Below are positions 1 through 8,894 of a DNA stretch of 39,539 bases, one piece after another (positions within the stretch are counted from its first letter, which is position 1; the number at the start of each line of letters is the position of its first letter). Under the pieces are notes generated by a model. That model saw only the letters and a list, made by a program, of their open reading frames with translations, was not told the DNA's origin and did no database searches. This DNA is from an uncultured Bacilli bacterium (GTDB taxonomy: Bacteria; Bacillota_I; Bacilli_A; RF39; UBA660): positions 1 to 39,539 of the forward strand of contig CALVWG010000036.1 in the NCBI GenBank assembly GCA_944364655.1. The letters are read 5' to 3'. The translations under genes were made by a program, and so were the position numbers.

Positions 1-60
1 AATTTAAAATATATTCCTTTAGGAGAGCTTGATATGAACTTTATTCTCACTAAAAAATAG
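1..60 (+). CDS. 3' end of an unidentified CDS entering from upstream of the window (..NLKYIPLGELDMNFILTKK*)
   Basis: Frame 1 is open from base 1 to the TAG at 58-60 and runs straight into a hairpin terminator. The fragment is too short to assign a family. Confidence 0.3.
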   Translation, partial: NLKYIPLGELDMNFILTKK

Positions 61-82
61 GCATATTCGTTTGCCTATTTTT
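52..82. terminator. bidirectional rho-independent terminator between convergent gene ends
   Basis: Stem AATAGGCA (56-63) / TGCCTATT (72-79) with an 8-nt loop, an A-run on the left and a T-run on the right. Confidence 0.6.
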
Positions 83-140
83 CAAAATTCGAATATCTAT
101 TTCGAATATCCGAACTTAAATCGACCCGAAAAAATATCTT

Positions 141-1145
141 TTATTTAGAAATGCACATTTTTTGTAATTTTTGACGTAATATAAGCTCATCATCAGAATA
201 TAAACTATCTGGAATATATCCTTTTAAATTTTGAACGATTTCTTTGATATAATCATTATTATTTTCAAATATAGTTGAATTAAAATAATTGCAAATACTA
301 AAATATAATTTTAATATTTCTTTACGTTCTTGTTCTTTTAATGGCCAATTTAAAATATAACAAGCTGTTGCTAAGATAAATTTCACTTCAATATCGTTTA
401 ATGTATCTTTATAATTATTAAATAACTGCCATTCAATTAATAATCTTCTTATTTCTTCTAAATCATCAATAATGTCTAAAATTTGATAATTTGGTTTCAT
501 AGTGTTTGACATTATACCATTGGAATTAGTTCGATAAAAATAACAATTTTCATTTATTTTTAATTGTTTGTCAGCTTTAAGTAAAACCGGAAAAGTAAAA
601 GCTACATCTTCGTATTTTTTTCCATTTAGAAATTGGATACCTTTTAATAGTTCATGTTTAAATAATCGATTACAACAGCTTGGCGTTTCAAAAATTAATT
701 TATTTTTATTTTTGGACAAGCAATATAAATGTTTTTCTTGATTAACGTTAGTTACTAATTGTTTAAATCCTTCATTAACTTGTTCAATTTCTCCAGAAAC
801 TACTGACACATTATATTGTTTAGCTAAATAATAAAAATCTATGTACATATTTAGTGATACCATGTCGTCGCCGTCAACAAAACCAATAAATTCACCATTT
901 GCTTCTTTTAATCCTCTATTTCTGGCTGCTGAACATCCTGTTTCAGTTGTTAAGTTTATAGTTTTTATTTTATGAGGATAGTCTTTTTCATATTCTTTTA
1001 AAATGCTTAATGTGCTATCAGTACTATGATCATTTACAGAAATAATTTCTAAATCCTTTAGTTGTTGATTTAATAATGATTCTAAACAATTTTTAATATA
1101 TTTGTACACATTGTAACACGGTACAATTACAGAAACTTTTGCCAT
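141..1145 (-). CDS. family 2 glycosyltransferase
   Basis: N-terminus VSVIVPCYNVYKYIKNCLESLLNQ..ISVNDHSTD and a FVDGDD motif are typical of GT2 (GT-A fold). I prefer the ATG at 1145 (MAKVSVIV), preceded by AAGGGTG, over the GTG at 1154 given in the ORF track. Confidence 0.85.
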   Translation of the reverse strand: MAKVSVIVPCYNVYKYIKNCLESLLNQQLKDLEIISVNDHSTDSTLSILKEYEKDYPHKIKTINLTTETGCSAARNRGLKEANGEFIGFVDGDDMVSLNMYIDFYYLAKQYNVSVVSGEIEQVNEGFKQLVTNVNQEKHLYCLSKNKNKLIFETPSCCNRLFKHELLKGIQFLNGKKYEDVAFTFPVLLKADKQLKINENCYFYRTNSNGIMSNTMKPNYQILDIIDDLEEIRRLLIEWQLFNNYKDTLNDIEVKFILATACYILNWPLKEQERKEILKLYFSICNYFNSTIFENNNDYIKEIVQNLKGYIPDSLYSDDELILRQKLQKMCISK

Positions 1146-1201
1146 AATAAACACCCTTTTTAATGGGTTTTATCCTAGCATAATTTTTTTAATGTGTCAA
1201 A

Positions 1202-1870
1202 TTAACAATTTTCAATAATCATTTCACTTATAAATCGATGCGCTTTATAATTAAAATAAAAATTGTTGGGAAGAAAAAAATATTCTTTATTTTGAACTAT
1301 ATTACTAATGTCTACAAAATGTATTTGGTATTGATCACATAGTTCTTTTAATCGGTTATTAATAATATTTGTTTTTTCTTGATCTATTTTTGTTGTTGGA
1401 TATAAACTTAATACAAAAATTGATTTTTTATTATATATTCTAAATATTTTTAGTATTTTATCCATATTTTTAAGATATTCATCTATAATTTTAGTGGTTA
1501 TTTCTTCTTTATTGTTTAATTCATTCATTCCTAAAGATAATGTTAATATTTTAGCTTTAGATATGGCTTGAGTAATAGAAGTATTGGTACTTTCTAAAGT
1601 ATAATTGTTTTGTAATTTTAATAAAAGCGTTTTTGATGTTTCTTCTAAATCCATAAATTCAGTTATATATTCATTTAAAATACTACTATGTTCAAAATAA
1701 TCTTTTAAATAATCATTATAGCTATATCCGACTACATTGTATGCTGTTTGACCCATTGCTACACTATCTCCTAAAGCAACAATATTCATATCTTCATGAT
1801 AATTATATTTATAAATTAAAAATGTTAATATTGATCCAATTAAAATAGTTAATATTATTATTTTTTTCAT
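1202..1870 (-). CDS. membrane-anchored SGNH/GDSL-family hydrolase
   Basis: N-terminal hydrophobic anchor (KKIIILTILIGSILTFLIY) followed by the block I motif ALGDSVAMG. Confidence 0.7.
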   Translation of the reverse strand: MKKIIILTILIGSILTFLIYKYNYHEDMNIVALGDSVAMGQTAYNVVGYSYNDYLKDYFEHSSILNEYITEFMDLEETSKTLLLKLQNNYTLESTNTSITQAISKAKILTLSLGMNELNNKEEITTKIIDEYLKNMDKILKIFRIYNKKSIFVLSLYPTTKIDQEKTNIINNRLKELCDQYQIHFVDISNIVQNKEYFFLPNNFYFNYKAHRFISEMIIENC

Positions 1871-1925
1871 ATTACACCTATTTAATTTTATGAAAAAAAA
1901 AAGAAAAAAGCACTTTTTTTAAACT

Positions 1926-3179
1926 TTATTCTTCAATAATATTTATATCAGCACCAACTTGAGTAAGTTTTTCAATGATATGTTCATAACCTCTTAATAT
2001 ATGTTCTATACCACTTATTTTGGTTACACCATTAGCAATCAATCCCGCGATTATTAAAGAAGCTCCGGCTCGTAAATCACTTGCTACAACATCATTTCCA
2101 TAAAGAGGTGTCTTTCCTTTAATAAAAGCTATTTGATTTTTAGTTGTTATATCAGCTCCCATTGAATTTAAATACTTGATTTGCCCCATTCGATTATTGT
2201 ATATAGTTTCTTCTAAAATGCTTATTCCTTCACATTGAGTCATTAATGTTGTCATTGGTTGGGCTAAATCGGTTGGAAATCCGGGATAAATTAAAGTTGT
2301 AATATTAAAAGCTTTTAATTTTTCAGATTTATTAATTAATAAATTGTTGCCATTCACTTCAATTGAAGCTCCTATTTCATTTAGCTTGCTTAATAAAGCT
2401 GTAAGATGATCTTTAATTATATTTTTAATGAGTAGATTTTCTCCTAACAATGTTCCTAATATTATATAAGTTCCTGCTTCTATTCGATCAGGAATAACTT
2501 CTATAATTGCTTTATGTAAATAATTTACACCTTCAATTGTTATTTTACTTGTCCCAGCACCAGTTATTTTGGCTCCCATATTATTTAAAAAGGTCGCAAC
2601 ATTGACTATTTCTGGTTCTTTGGCAGCATTATTAATCGTAGTAATTCCTTTGGCTTTTACAGCCGCTAACATAACGTTAATTGTTGCTCCTACACTAGCA
2701 AAGTCAAAATATATTTTATTACCGATTAATTTGTCGGCTTTGATAATATATTTGTTATCTTCCAAAGTGATTGTTGCTCCTAAAGCTTTAAATCCTTTCA
2801 AATGATAATCTATTTTTCGATCACCAATTTTACAGCCACCAGGCAAGGATATTTCCACATATTTATCTTTTCCTAATAAAGCTCCCATAAAATAATAAGA
2901 TGCTCTTAATTTAGAAGATAAAGTCTCAGGTATATAAGTATTTTTAAATTTTTTTGTATTGATAGTAATCGTGTCATTTGAAGTTTTAACTTCAACATTT
3001 AAAGTTTCAATTATGTTAATTAAATTGTCTCGATCAGATATTTCAGGAACATTATAAATTTTAGTTTCTTCATCACATAAAATAGCGGCTGGTATTAAAG
3101 CAACAGCACTATTTTTAGCGCCAGAAATTGTTATAGTTCCTGTTAACTTTTTACCTCCATGAATTAATATTTTTTGCAT
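1926..3179 (-). CDS. murA: UDP-N-acetylglucosamine 1-carboxyvinyltransferase
   Basis: 417 aa. Carries ISGAKNSA near the N-terminus, an active-site-loop-like PGGCKIGDRKID, and GFPTDLQ-like PGFPTDLAQP. Confidence 0.95.
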   Translation of the reverse strand: MQKILIHGGKKLTGTITISGAKNSAVALIPAAILCDEETKIYNVPEISDRDNLINIIETLNVEVKTSNDTITINTKKFKNTYIPETLSSKLRASYYFMGALLGKDKYVEISLPGGCKIGDRKIDYHLKGFKALGATITLEDNKYIIKADKLIGNKIYFDFASVGATINVMLAAVKAKGITTINNAAKEPEIVNVATFLNNMGAKITGAGTSKITIEGVNYLHKAIIEVIPDRIEAGTYIILGTLLGENLLIKNIIKDHLTALLSKLNEIGASIEVNGNNLLINKSEKLKAFNITTLIYPGFPTDLAQPMTTLMTQCEGISILEETIYNNRMGQIKYLNSMGADITTKNQIAFIKGKTPLYGNDVVASDLRAGASLIIAGLIANGVTKISGIEHILRGYEHIIEKLTQVGADINIIEE

Positions 3180-3242
3180 TTAATCATTCCTTTTTCTTCT
3201 ATTATATATCAAAATTTAAGCTTTTTTTAAATATTTTACTTA

Positions 3243-3782
3243 TTATTTACATAAATGAAATATACCTAAGGTAATTAATAAAATAAAGCCTATTATACTA
3301 GCTTTACTTCCTAATTTTTGAGATGCAAATTTACCTATACTTAAACCTAGTAAAGTAAAAGAAAAACTGACTATTGAAAATATAGTTAAAGCAACAAATT
3401 TATTTTCTGTTAAGGCTGATAAGGCTAATCCTGTTGAGAATGCATCAATGGATACACCAAAAGCAAATAAAAACATGCCTGGCAAAGATAAATCTAGATT
3501 TGTTACTTCCTCTTTTTTTAAAATATCTACCAAAAGATTTAAAGCAATAAATATAAGTATACACCCTAGAAAGAGGTTGCTATTTAAAGTAAAAAAATTC
3601 ATTATTTTTGTTCCTAGTATATTTCCTAAAAAAGGCATAATAAAGTGCATAATACCAACTAGTATACTTAGTTGTAAACATTTTTTTAAAAGCAAATTAT
3701 AAGTACCTATACCTAAAGACAAACTAAAAGTATCCATACTTAAAGCAACACCAATTAAGATAATATTAATTATTTCAGTCAT
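3243..3782 (-). CDS. mntP: MntP/YtaF-family membrane protein (putative manganese efflux pump)
   Basis: 179 aa and polytopic. The two-fold repeat signature ALSMDTFSLSLG / GVSIDAFSTGLA is typical of the MntP (DUF204) family. Confidence 0.65.
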   Translation of the reverse strand: MTEIINIILIGVALSMDTFSLSLGIGTYNLLLKKCLQLSILVGIMHFIMPFLGNILGTKIMNFFTLNSNLFLGCILIFIALNLLVDILKKEEVTNLDLSLPGMFLFAFGVSIDAFSTGLALSALTENKFVALTIFSIVSFSFTLLGLSIGKFASQKLGSKASIIGFILLITLGIFHLCK

Positions 3783-3809
3783 AAAAAATCCCCATTAAAT
3801 TGTATGGGG
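3783..3809 (-). terminator. hairpin plus U-run after spoIIR, overlapping the mntP ribosome binding site
   Basis: On the minus strand: CCCCAT-ACAATTTA-ATGGGG followed by ATTTTTT and then the mntP ATG. Plus-strand stems are at 3790-3795 and 3804-3809. Confidence 0.5.
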
Positions 3810-3821
3810 TTAAATTAATTT

Positions 3822-4328
3822 TTATGAAATGTATTTATCAATTATTTCTTTTACGTAAAACTTATAATTTATATCATCATTATTTTCATTTTTACCTTCT
3901 AATAAACATAATGGTGGAAACATAACACACCACCAATTTTTTCCTATTCCATTTCCTAAAGTTATGACAAGGGAATTATAATTTCCTTCTGGATAAGTTA
4001 CTCCTTTGTACTCTTTTTCAGGAAAATAATTTAATCCTAAAGAAACAGTATAATTAGAAGTATAATTGTTAATAACTGCTTTGATGTTCTCTAAATTATT
4101 TTCAATTATTTTTTCAGCTTCTTGGCTATTTTTTACATTAGACAATTGGTTGGCAAGTTCCCGTTCAACTGCCTCTTTTATTTGAAATTTTAACTGTTGG
4201 TCATTTTCATTATCACTATTAGCAATTATTCTAAATCTAATTGCATCATTGGGAATTAAAATTTCTTTTTGATTAACAAAACCATATATTAAGAATAAAA
4301 CAAATAAAACAGGAATTATTTTCTTCAT
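3822..4328 (-). CDS. spoIIR: stage II sporulation protein R
   Basis: Signal peptide, then IRFRIIANSD..DQQLK and the NWWCVMFPPLC motif characteristic of SpoIIR. Confidence 0.85.
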   Translation of the reverse strand: MKKIIPVLFVLFLIYGFVNQKEILIPNDAIRFRIIANSDNENDQQLKFQIKEAVERELANQLSNVKNSQEAEKIIENNLENIKAVINNYTSNYTVSLGLNYFPEKEYKGVTYPEGNYNSLVITLGNGIGKNWWCVMFPPLCLLEGKNENNDDINYKFYVKEIIDKYIS

Positions 4329-4367
4329 TGTATCACCTGTTTTATTTATGGTAAAAACTGTTTTATT

Positions 4368-5096
4368 TTATTCAAATTCAATAAAAAGATAACGATCTTT
4401 ATTAGCTAAATCTTTTAATATTGATACTTTTGCTTGTTTTAAATATTTATTTATTATTTTTTCTAATTCTTCTTTTTGATTCATTCCAATTTCAAAAGCT
4501 ATTAATTTAGGCTTTTTAACTAATTTGCTTATTTTTTTAATTATTTCTTCATAAAAATATAAACCTTTATTTGGGGCAAATAAAGCATTTTGTGGTTCAA
4601 ATTTTGTTTCTTCGCCTACTTTTTCATCATAAGCAACATAGGGTGGATTACTTATAATTACATCATAGTTACTTAAATCTTCTTTTAGCATGTCACTTTG
4701 GTAAAAATTAATTGTAACATTATTTAATGAAGCATTTTCCATAGCTAGTGTAAGAGCTTTTTTAGATATATCAATTGCTTTTATTGTACATGGGATATTT
4801 TTCTTTAAGGCAATTGATATACAACCACTACCGGTTCCTAATTCTAATATTTTGGGATTTTGAATCTTTCTTTTTTTTATTTTTTCAATAGTATGCTGAA
4901 CTAAAAATTCTGTTTCAAAACGAGGAATTAAAACCCTTTCATCTACTTTAATTATTGTATTAATAAATTCAACATTGCCAATTAAATATTGAACTGGATA
5001 ATGTTCGTTTAATTTTTTGATTATATCGTTTAAGTTGTTAGGATATTTTTTCTTTAAAATTTGCCAATCTATATCAGTTATAAAATCTGGTTTCAT
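4368..5096 (-). CDS. prmC: release-factor glutamine N5-methyltransferase
   Basis: VLIPRFETE, the SAM motif LELGTGSGCI and NPPY. It lies directly downstream of prfA, as is usual. Confidence 0.9.
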   Translation of the reverse strand: MKPDFITDIDWQILKKKYPNNLNDIIKKLNEHYPVQYLIGNVEFINTIIKVDERVLIPRFETEFLVQHTIEKIKKRKIQNPKILELGTGSGCISIALKKNIPCTIKAIDISKKALTLAMENASLNNVTINFYQSDMLKEDLSNYDVIISNPPYVAYDEKVGEETKFEPQNALFAPNKGLYFYEEIIKKISKLVKKPKLIAFEIGMNQKEELEKIINKYLKQAKVSILKDLANKDRYLFIEFE

Positions 5097-5123
5097 TTTT
5101 TCTCCCTTTAATTAAAAAACAGG

Positions 5124-6179
5124 TTATTCGCCTGCTAATTTTCTTTTTAAATCCTCAGTTATTAAGGCTTCAATTATTGGATCTAATTCGCCATCCATAA
5201 CTCTATCTAAACTCATAACAGAAAATCCTATTCGATGATCTGTGACTCTATTTTGAGGATAATTGTATGTTCTAATTTTTTCTGAACGGTCTCCTGTTCC
5301 AATTTTACTTTTTCTAGCACAGCCAACTTCTTTTTCTTTTTCAGCTTGCATTTGATCATATAATTTGATTTTTAATAATTTCATGGCCTTATCTTTGTTT
5401 TTTAATTGGCTTCGTTCATTTTGACAAGTTACAACGGTATTAGTTGGAAGATGAGTTATTCTGACTGCAGAATTTGCTGTATTTACTGATTGTCCACCAG
5501 CGCCACTAGAATGATATACATCTATTTTTAAATCACTTTCTTTAATATCGATATCAATATCTTCAACTTCTGGCATTACTAAGACTGTAGCTGTTGAAGT
5601 ATGCACTCTACCTTGAGTTTCAGTTACTGGTACTCTTTGAACACGATGAGCTCCACTTTCATATTTTAATTTACTATAAACATTTTCACCTTTAATTGTA
5701 CAAGATACTTGAGAAAATCCACCTGAAGTTCCTTCTACTTGATGATCTATTTCAATTTTCCATCCTTGCTTTTCAGCATAATAAGTGTACATTCTAAGCA
5801 AATCGCCAGCAAAAATGTTTGCTTCGTCTCCACCAGCAGCTCCTCTTATTTCCATAATAATATTTTTACCATCATTTTCATCTTTAGGAATTAGTAAAAT
5901 TTCTAATTCATGATTAATTTTTTCTAATTTTTCAGTATTATCAATTATTTCTAACTCGGCCATTTCTTTTAATTCTGGATCATTTACTAATGATTTAGCT
6001 TCATTTAAATTGTTTTCAGCTGTTAAATATTCTTCATATTTATCAACGATTTCTTTCAAATCGCTTTGTTCTTTTGAAAGTTTTTTAACTGTTTTAAAAT
6101 CATTCATTACTTCAGGATCCATAAGTTCTTTGTTAATTTCTTCATAACGAGCTTTAATACTTTCTAACCGTTCTTTCAT
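5124..6179 (-). CDS. prfA: peptide chain release factor 1
   Basis: PVTETQGRVHTS (PxT-type recognition region) and the SGAGGQSVN GGQ motif, with no frameshift. Confidence 0.95.
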   Translation of the reverse strand: MKERLESIKARYEEINKELMDPEVMNDFKTVKKLSKEQSDLKEIVDKYEEYLTAENNLNEAKSLVNDPELKEMAELEIIDNTEKLEKINHELEILLIPKDENDGKNIIMEIRGAAGGDEANIFAGDLLRMYTYYAEKQGWKIEIDHQVEGTSGGFSQVSCTIKGENVYSKLKYESGAHRVQRVPVTETQGRVHTSTATVLVMPEVEDIDIDIKESDLKIDVYHSSGAGGQSVNTANSAVRITHLPTNTVVTCQNERSQLKNKDKAMKLLKIKLYDQMQAEKEKEVGCARKSKIGTGDRSEKIRTYNYPQNRVTDHRIGFSVMSLDRVMDGELDPIIEALITEDLKRKLAGE

Positions 6180-6216
6180 CTAAATCCGTCCTTTCTTTAT
6201 TTTTTAAGAAAAGAAT

Positions 6217-6636
6217 CTACATATTTTCTTCATCTTCATCTATAATTACTATATCTTTTAAATCGTCATCATCTGGGTCGTCATCTCGATCTTCATCATA
6301 ATATGATTCATCAGTTTCTTCTTCAACTGGTTCTTCTTCAATGACATCTTCATATTCTTCATCGTCTTCTTCAACAACAAATTTTTCACTGTGGCGTGTT
6401 CTTAAATCCCAATATCCATTTTCTAACATAATAAATTTTTTATCAGTTGTTAACATTCCAAAAAAATCAGCAATTTGATTTTCAAAATCTTTTTCTGTAA
6501 GACCAAGAAGATCACATATTTTATGAAACAAATCAGTAATTTTCATTTTTTTATTAGATTCTTCTAATATCAAATATGCTATATCATCATAGCCCATTAA
6601 TTCTAATTCATCTTTAGGTATATCTTTTAATTTCAT
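6217..6636 (-). CDS. rpoE: DNA-directed RNA polymerase delta subunit
   Basis: N-terminal HARE-HTH-like domain (MGYDDIAYLILEE...GYWDLR) followed by a long D/E-rich acidic tail. Confidence 0.85.
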   Translation of the reverse strand: MKLKDIPKDELELMGYDDIAYLILEESNKKMKITDLFHKICDLLGLTEKDFENQIADFFGMLTTDKKFIMLENGYWDLRTRHSEKFVVEEDDEEYEDVIEEEPVEEETDESYYDEDRDDDPDDDDLKDIVIIDEDEENM

Positions 6637-6648
6637 TTTTTTATCTCC

Positions 6649-8346
6649 TTACATTCTTTCTGGTATTTTTATGCTTAATAAGTCTAGCATTTCTTTAATA
6701 ATATTATTTGCTAATCTTAATACAAATAACCAATCATTTTTTTTATTTTGATCATCTAGATTATTTATATGATTATTTTCATAAAAAGCATTCAAATTTA
6801 CACATAATTCATATAAATAATTGGCTAATATCGAAGGTAATCTTGTATTAGCACTGTAAATTAGAGTATTTTCTAATTCTAATATTTTTATTCGCAAATT
6901 ACGATCAACATTATTATAAATTACGTTACTTAAATTTGATTCAACTTTTTCTTCATTATTTAAAATGTTAGCAATTCTTAAATAAGTATATAAAATATAT
7001 GGTCCAGTTTTGCCAACAACTTCTGAAAATTTGGTTATATCAAAAATATAGTCCTTTTCTCTGTTATTCTGTAAATCAGCAAATTTAATAATTGCATTTA
7101 CTAAAATATCTAAATCTTCTTCTTTCATATTAGTATTTTTCGAATTAGACTTTAAAAAAACTTCTTTGGTTTCTTTAAATAATTCATCAAGTTTTGGAGC
7201 TGTTCCAGCTCTTGTTTTAAATGGTTTTCCATCTTTACCATTGACTGTTCCAAATCCTAAGTGTTCAAATTTTATATGATTTGTTAAGCCAAGTTTTTCA
7301 CAAACTCGAAATAATTGCGTAAAATGCATTTTTTGACGTAAATCAGTAACATATATAATGTTATCTGGTTTAAAGTCTTCTATTCTTTGATAAATAGTTC
7401 CTAAATCTGTAGTTCCGTATAAATAAGCTCCATTGCTTTTTTGAAAAATGAATGGTGGTACTTCTACTTCATCAGTTGGTTTAGAAACATTTACAATTTT
7501 TGCTCCATTACTATCTACCAATAAATTTCGTTTTTCTAAATCTTTTTTTACTTTATCAATGTATGGATAAGCATCAGATTCACCATACCATAAATCATAA
7601 TGAACGTCTAAATAATTATAAATTCTTAAAATATCATCTCCAGATACTTTACGAATCAATTTAAAATATTCTTGGTATTCTTCATTACCATCTTGTAATT
7701 CTTTCGTTATTTCAGCACATTTTTGTTTAATTTCTTCATTTTCTTTACATTTTTGACTCATTTCTGGATAAATTTGATCAAGTAATTCTATTGTTATATT
7801 TTCTTTGGCAATATTTTTTTCTTTTAAACCATATATTACTTGTCCTATTTGCAAACCATAATCGCCTAAGTGAACATCTCCTATTACTTCATTGTTAAAA
7901 TATTTTAATATTCTTTTAATTGATTCACCAACGATAGCACTTCTTAGATGGCCAACATGAAGAGGTTTTGCAATATTTGGTCCACCATAATCAATAATAA
8001 TTTTTTGTGGTTGTGGTAAAGATATATTAAATTTTTCATTTTTACTCATATCAACTATTAAATTATTTATAAATTTATCACTCAAAGTAAAATTAATAAA
8101 TCCAGGCCGAACAGCTTCTATTTTGCTAAAGTAATCTTCTGTTTCATATATCTCATTAAATTTATTAACAATATTTAAACTTATATCATAAGGATTTTGA
8201 TGTAATATTTTGGCGTATGAAAATGCACCATCAAATTGATAATCACATAAATCTTTACGATTAGAAATTATTACTTTTGCTTTGATATCATAATGCAAAG
8301 TATCTAAGACTTTTTGTAATTTTTCTTCAATAAAATTATTGATCAC
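6649..8346 (-). CDS. argS: arginine--tRNA ligase
   Basis: 565 aa. Carries the PNIAKPLHVGHLRS (HIGH-type) motif and class I ArgRS architecture. It overlaps the upstream DUF1934 gene by 4 nt. Confidence 0.93.
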   Translation of the reverse strand: MINNFIEEKLQKVLDTLHYDIKAKVIISNRKDLCDYQFDGAFSYAKILHQNPYDISLNIVNKFNEIYETEDYFSKIEAVRPGFINFTLSDKFINNLIVDMSKNEKFNISLPQPQKIIIDYGGPNIAKPLHVGHLRSAIVGESIKRILKYFNNEVIGDVHLGDYGLQIGQVIYGLKEKNIAKENITIELLDQIYPEMSQKCKENEEIKQKCAEITKELQDGNEEYQEYFKLIRKVSGDDILRIYNYLDVHYDLWYGESDAYPYIDKVKKDLEKRNLLVDSNGAKIVNVSKPTDEVEVPPFIFQKSNGAYLYGTTDLGTIYQRIEDFKPDNIIYVTDLRQKMHFTQLFRVCEKLGLTNHIKFEHLGFGTVNGKDGKPFKTRAGTAPKLDELFKETKEVFLKSNSKNTNMKEEDLDILVNAIIKFADLQNNREKDYIFDITKFSEVVGKTGPYILYTYLRIANILNNEEKVESNLSNVIYNNVDRNLRIKILELENTLIYSANTRLPSILANYLYELCVNLNAFYENNHINNLDDQNKKNDWLFVLRLANNIIKEMLDLLSIKIPERM

Positions 8347-8702
8347 TTTTCTCTTCCTTTCTCCAATTTTATAATTAAAACATTTTCATGGTCATCAGTT
8401 TCAATAAAATAAGATAATTGGATTTCATTTTTATTCTTCAATAGATTAGCATACTCTACTAAAACTTGCAAGTTATATTGTTCTTTTTTTAATATTATTT
8501 GACTTTTTTTATTTTTTATGTCAATTAAAAAAGCATATTCATTATTTTCTCTAATAAATTCTCCAGTAATTAAGTTTATATTATGATGCATTTCATTAAG
8601 ATCAAACGATAAATTATTATCTATAATCTGGCCTAAAATATTTTTTTCATTAATAACTTCTTTATCTCCATTTTTTAAAATAATTTGTAAATTATGTTGC
8701 AT
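8343..8702 (-). CDS. DUF1934 (YwiB-like) beta-barrel protein
   Basis: A small protein translationally coupled upstream of argS, the usual Firmicute position of DUF1934. The sequence itself is only weakly diagnostic. Confidence 0.55.
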   Translation of the reverse strand: MQHNLQIILKNGDKEVINEKNILGQIIDNNLSFDLNEMHHNINLITGEFIRENNEYAFLIDIKNKKSQIILKKEQYNLQVLVEYANLLKNKNEIQLSYFIETDDHENVLIIKLEKGREK

Positions 8703-8894
8703 AATTCACCTCTTTTTTCCGGAACATTATAGCATGAATAAGAAAGAAAAAAAAGAATAATTTTTGTTGGTTTTAAAGCAAATTAAAAATTATTTATATA
8801 ATTATTTTAAATAGTTTTAATGCTTATTTTTTAAATTAAATATTTTTTCTTATATTTTTTATTTTTTTACTCATAATAATTTTAGGTGTTTTTC

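Noticed and set aside
34-60. 8-codon mini-ORF (MNFILTKK) behind an AGGAGAG sequence, as a possible leader peptide
   Set aside because: The frame is open all the way from base 1, so this is more simply the C-terminal end of a CDS that starts upstream of the window.
2569-2805. 78-aa ORF on the plus strand inside murA
   Set aside because: It lies entirely antisense to a well-supported murA CDS and has a hydrophobic low-complexity translation typical of shadow ORFs.
3448-3702. 84-aa ORF antisense to the MntP-family gene
   Set aside because: Shadow ORF within a confident membrane-protein CDS. It has no RBS and an implausible K/F-rich sequence.
8703-8894. Possible T-box or other leader upstream of the DUF1934-argS operon
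   Set aside because: No T-box sequence (GGTGGTACCGCG or its complement) or specifier or terminator structure is visible. The spacer looks like plain divergent promoter DNA.
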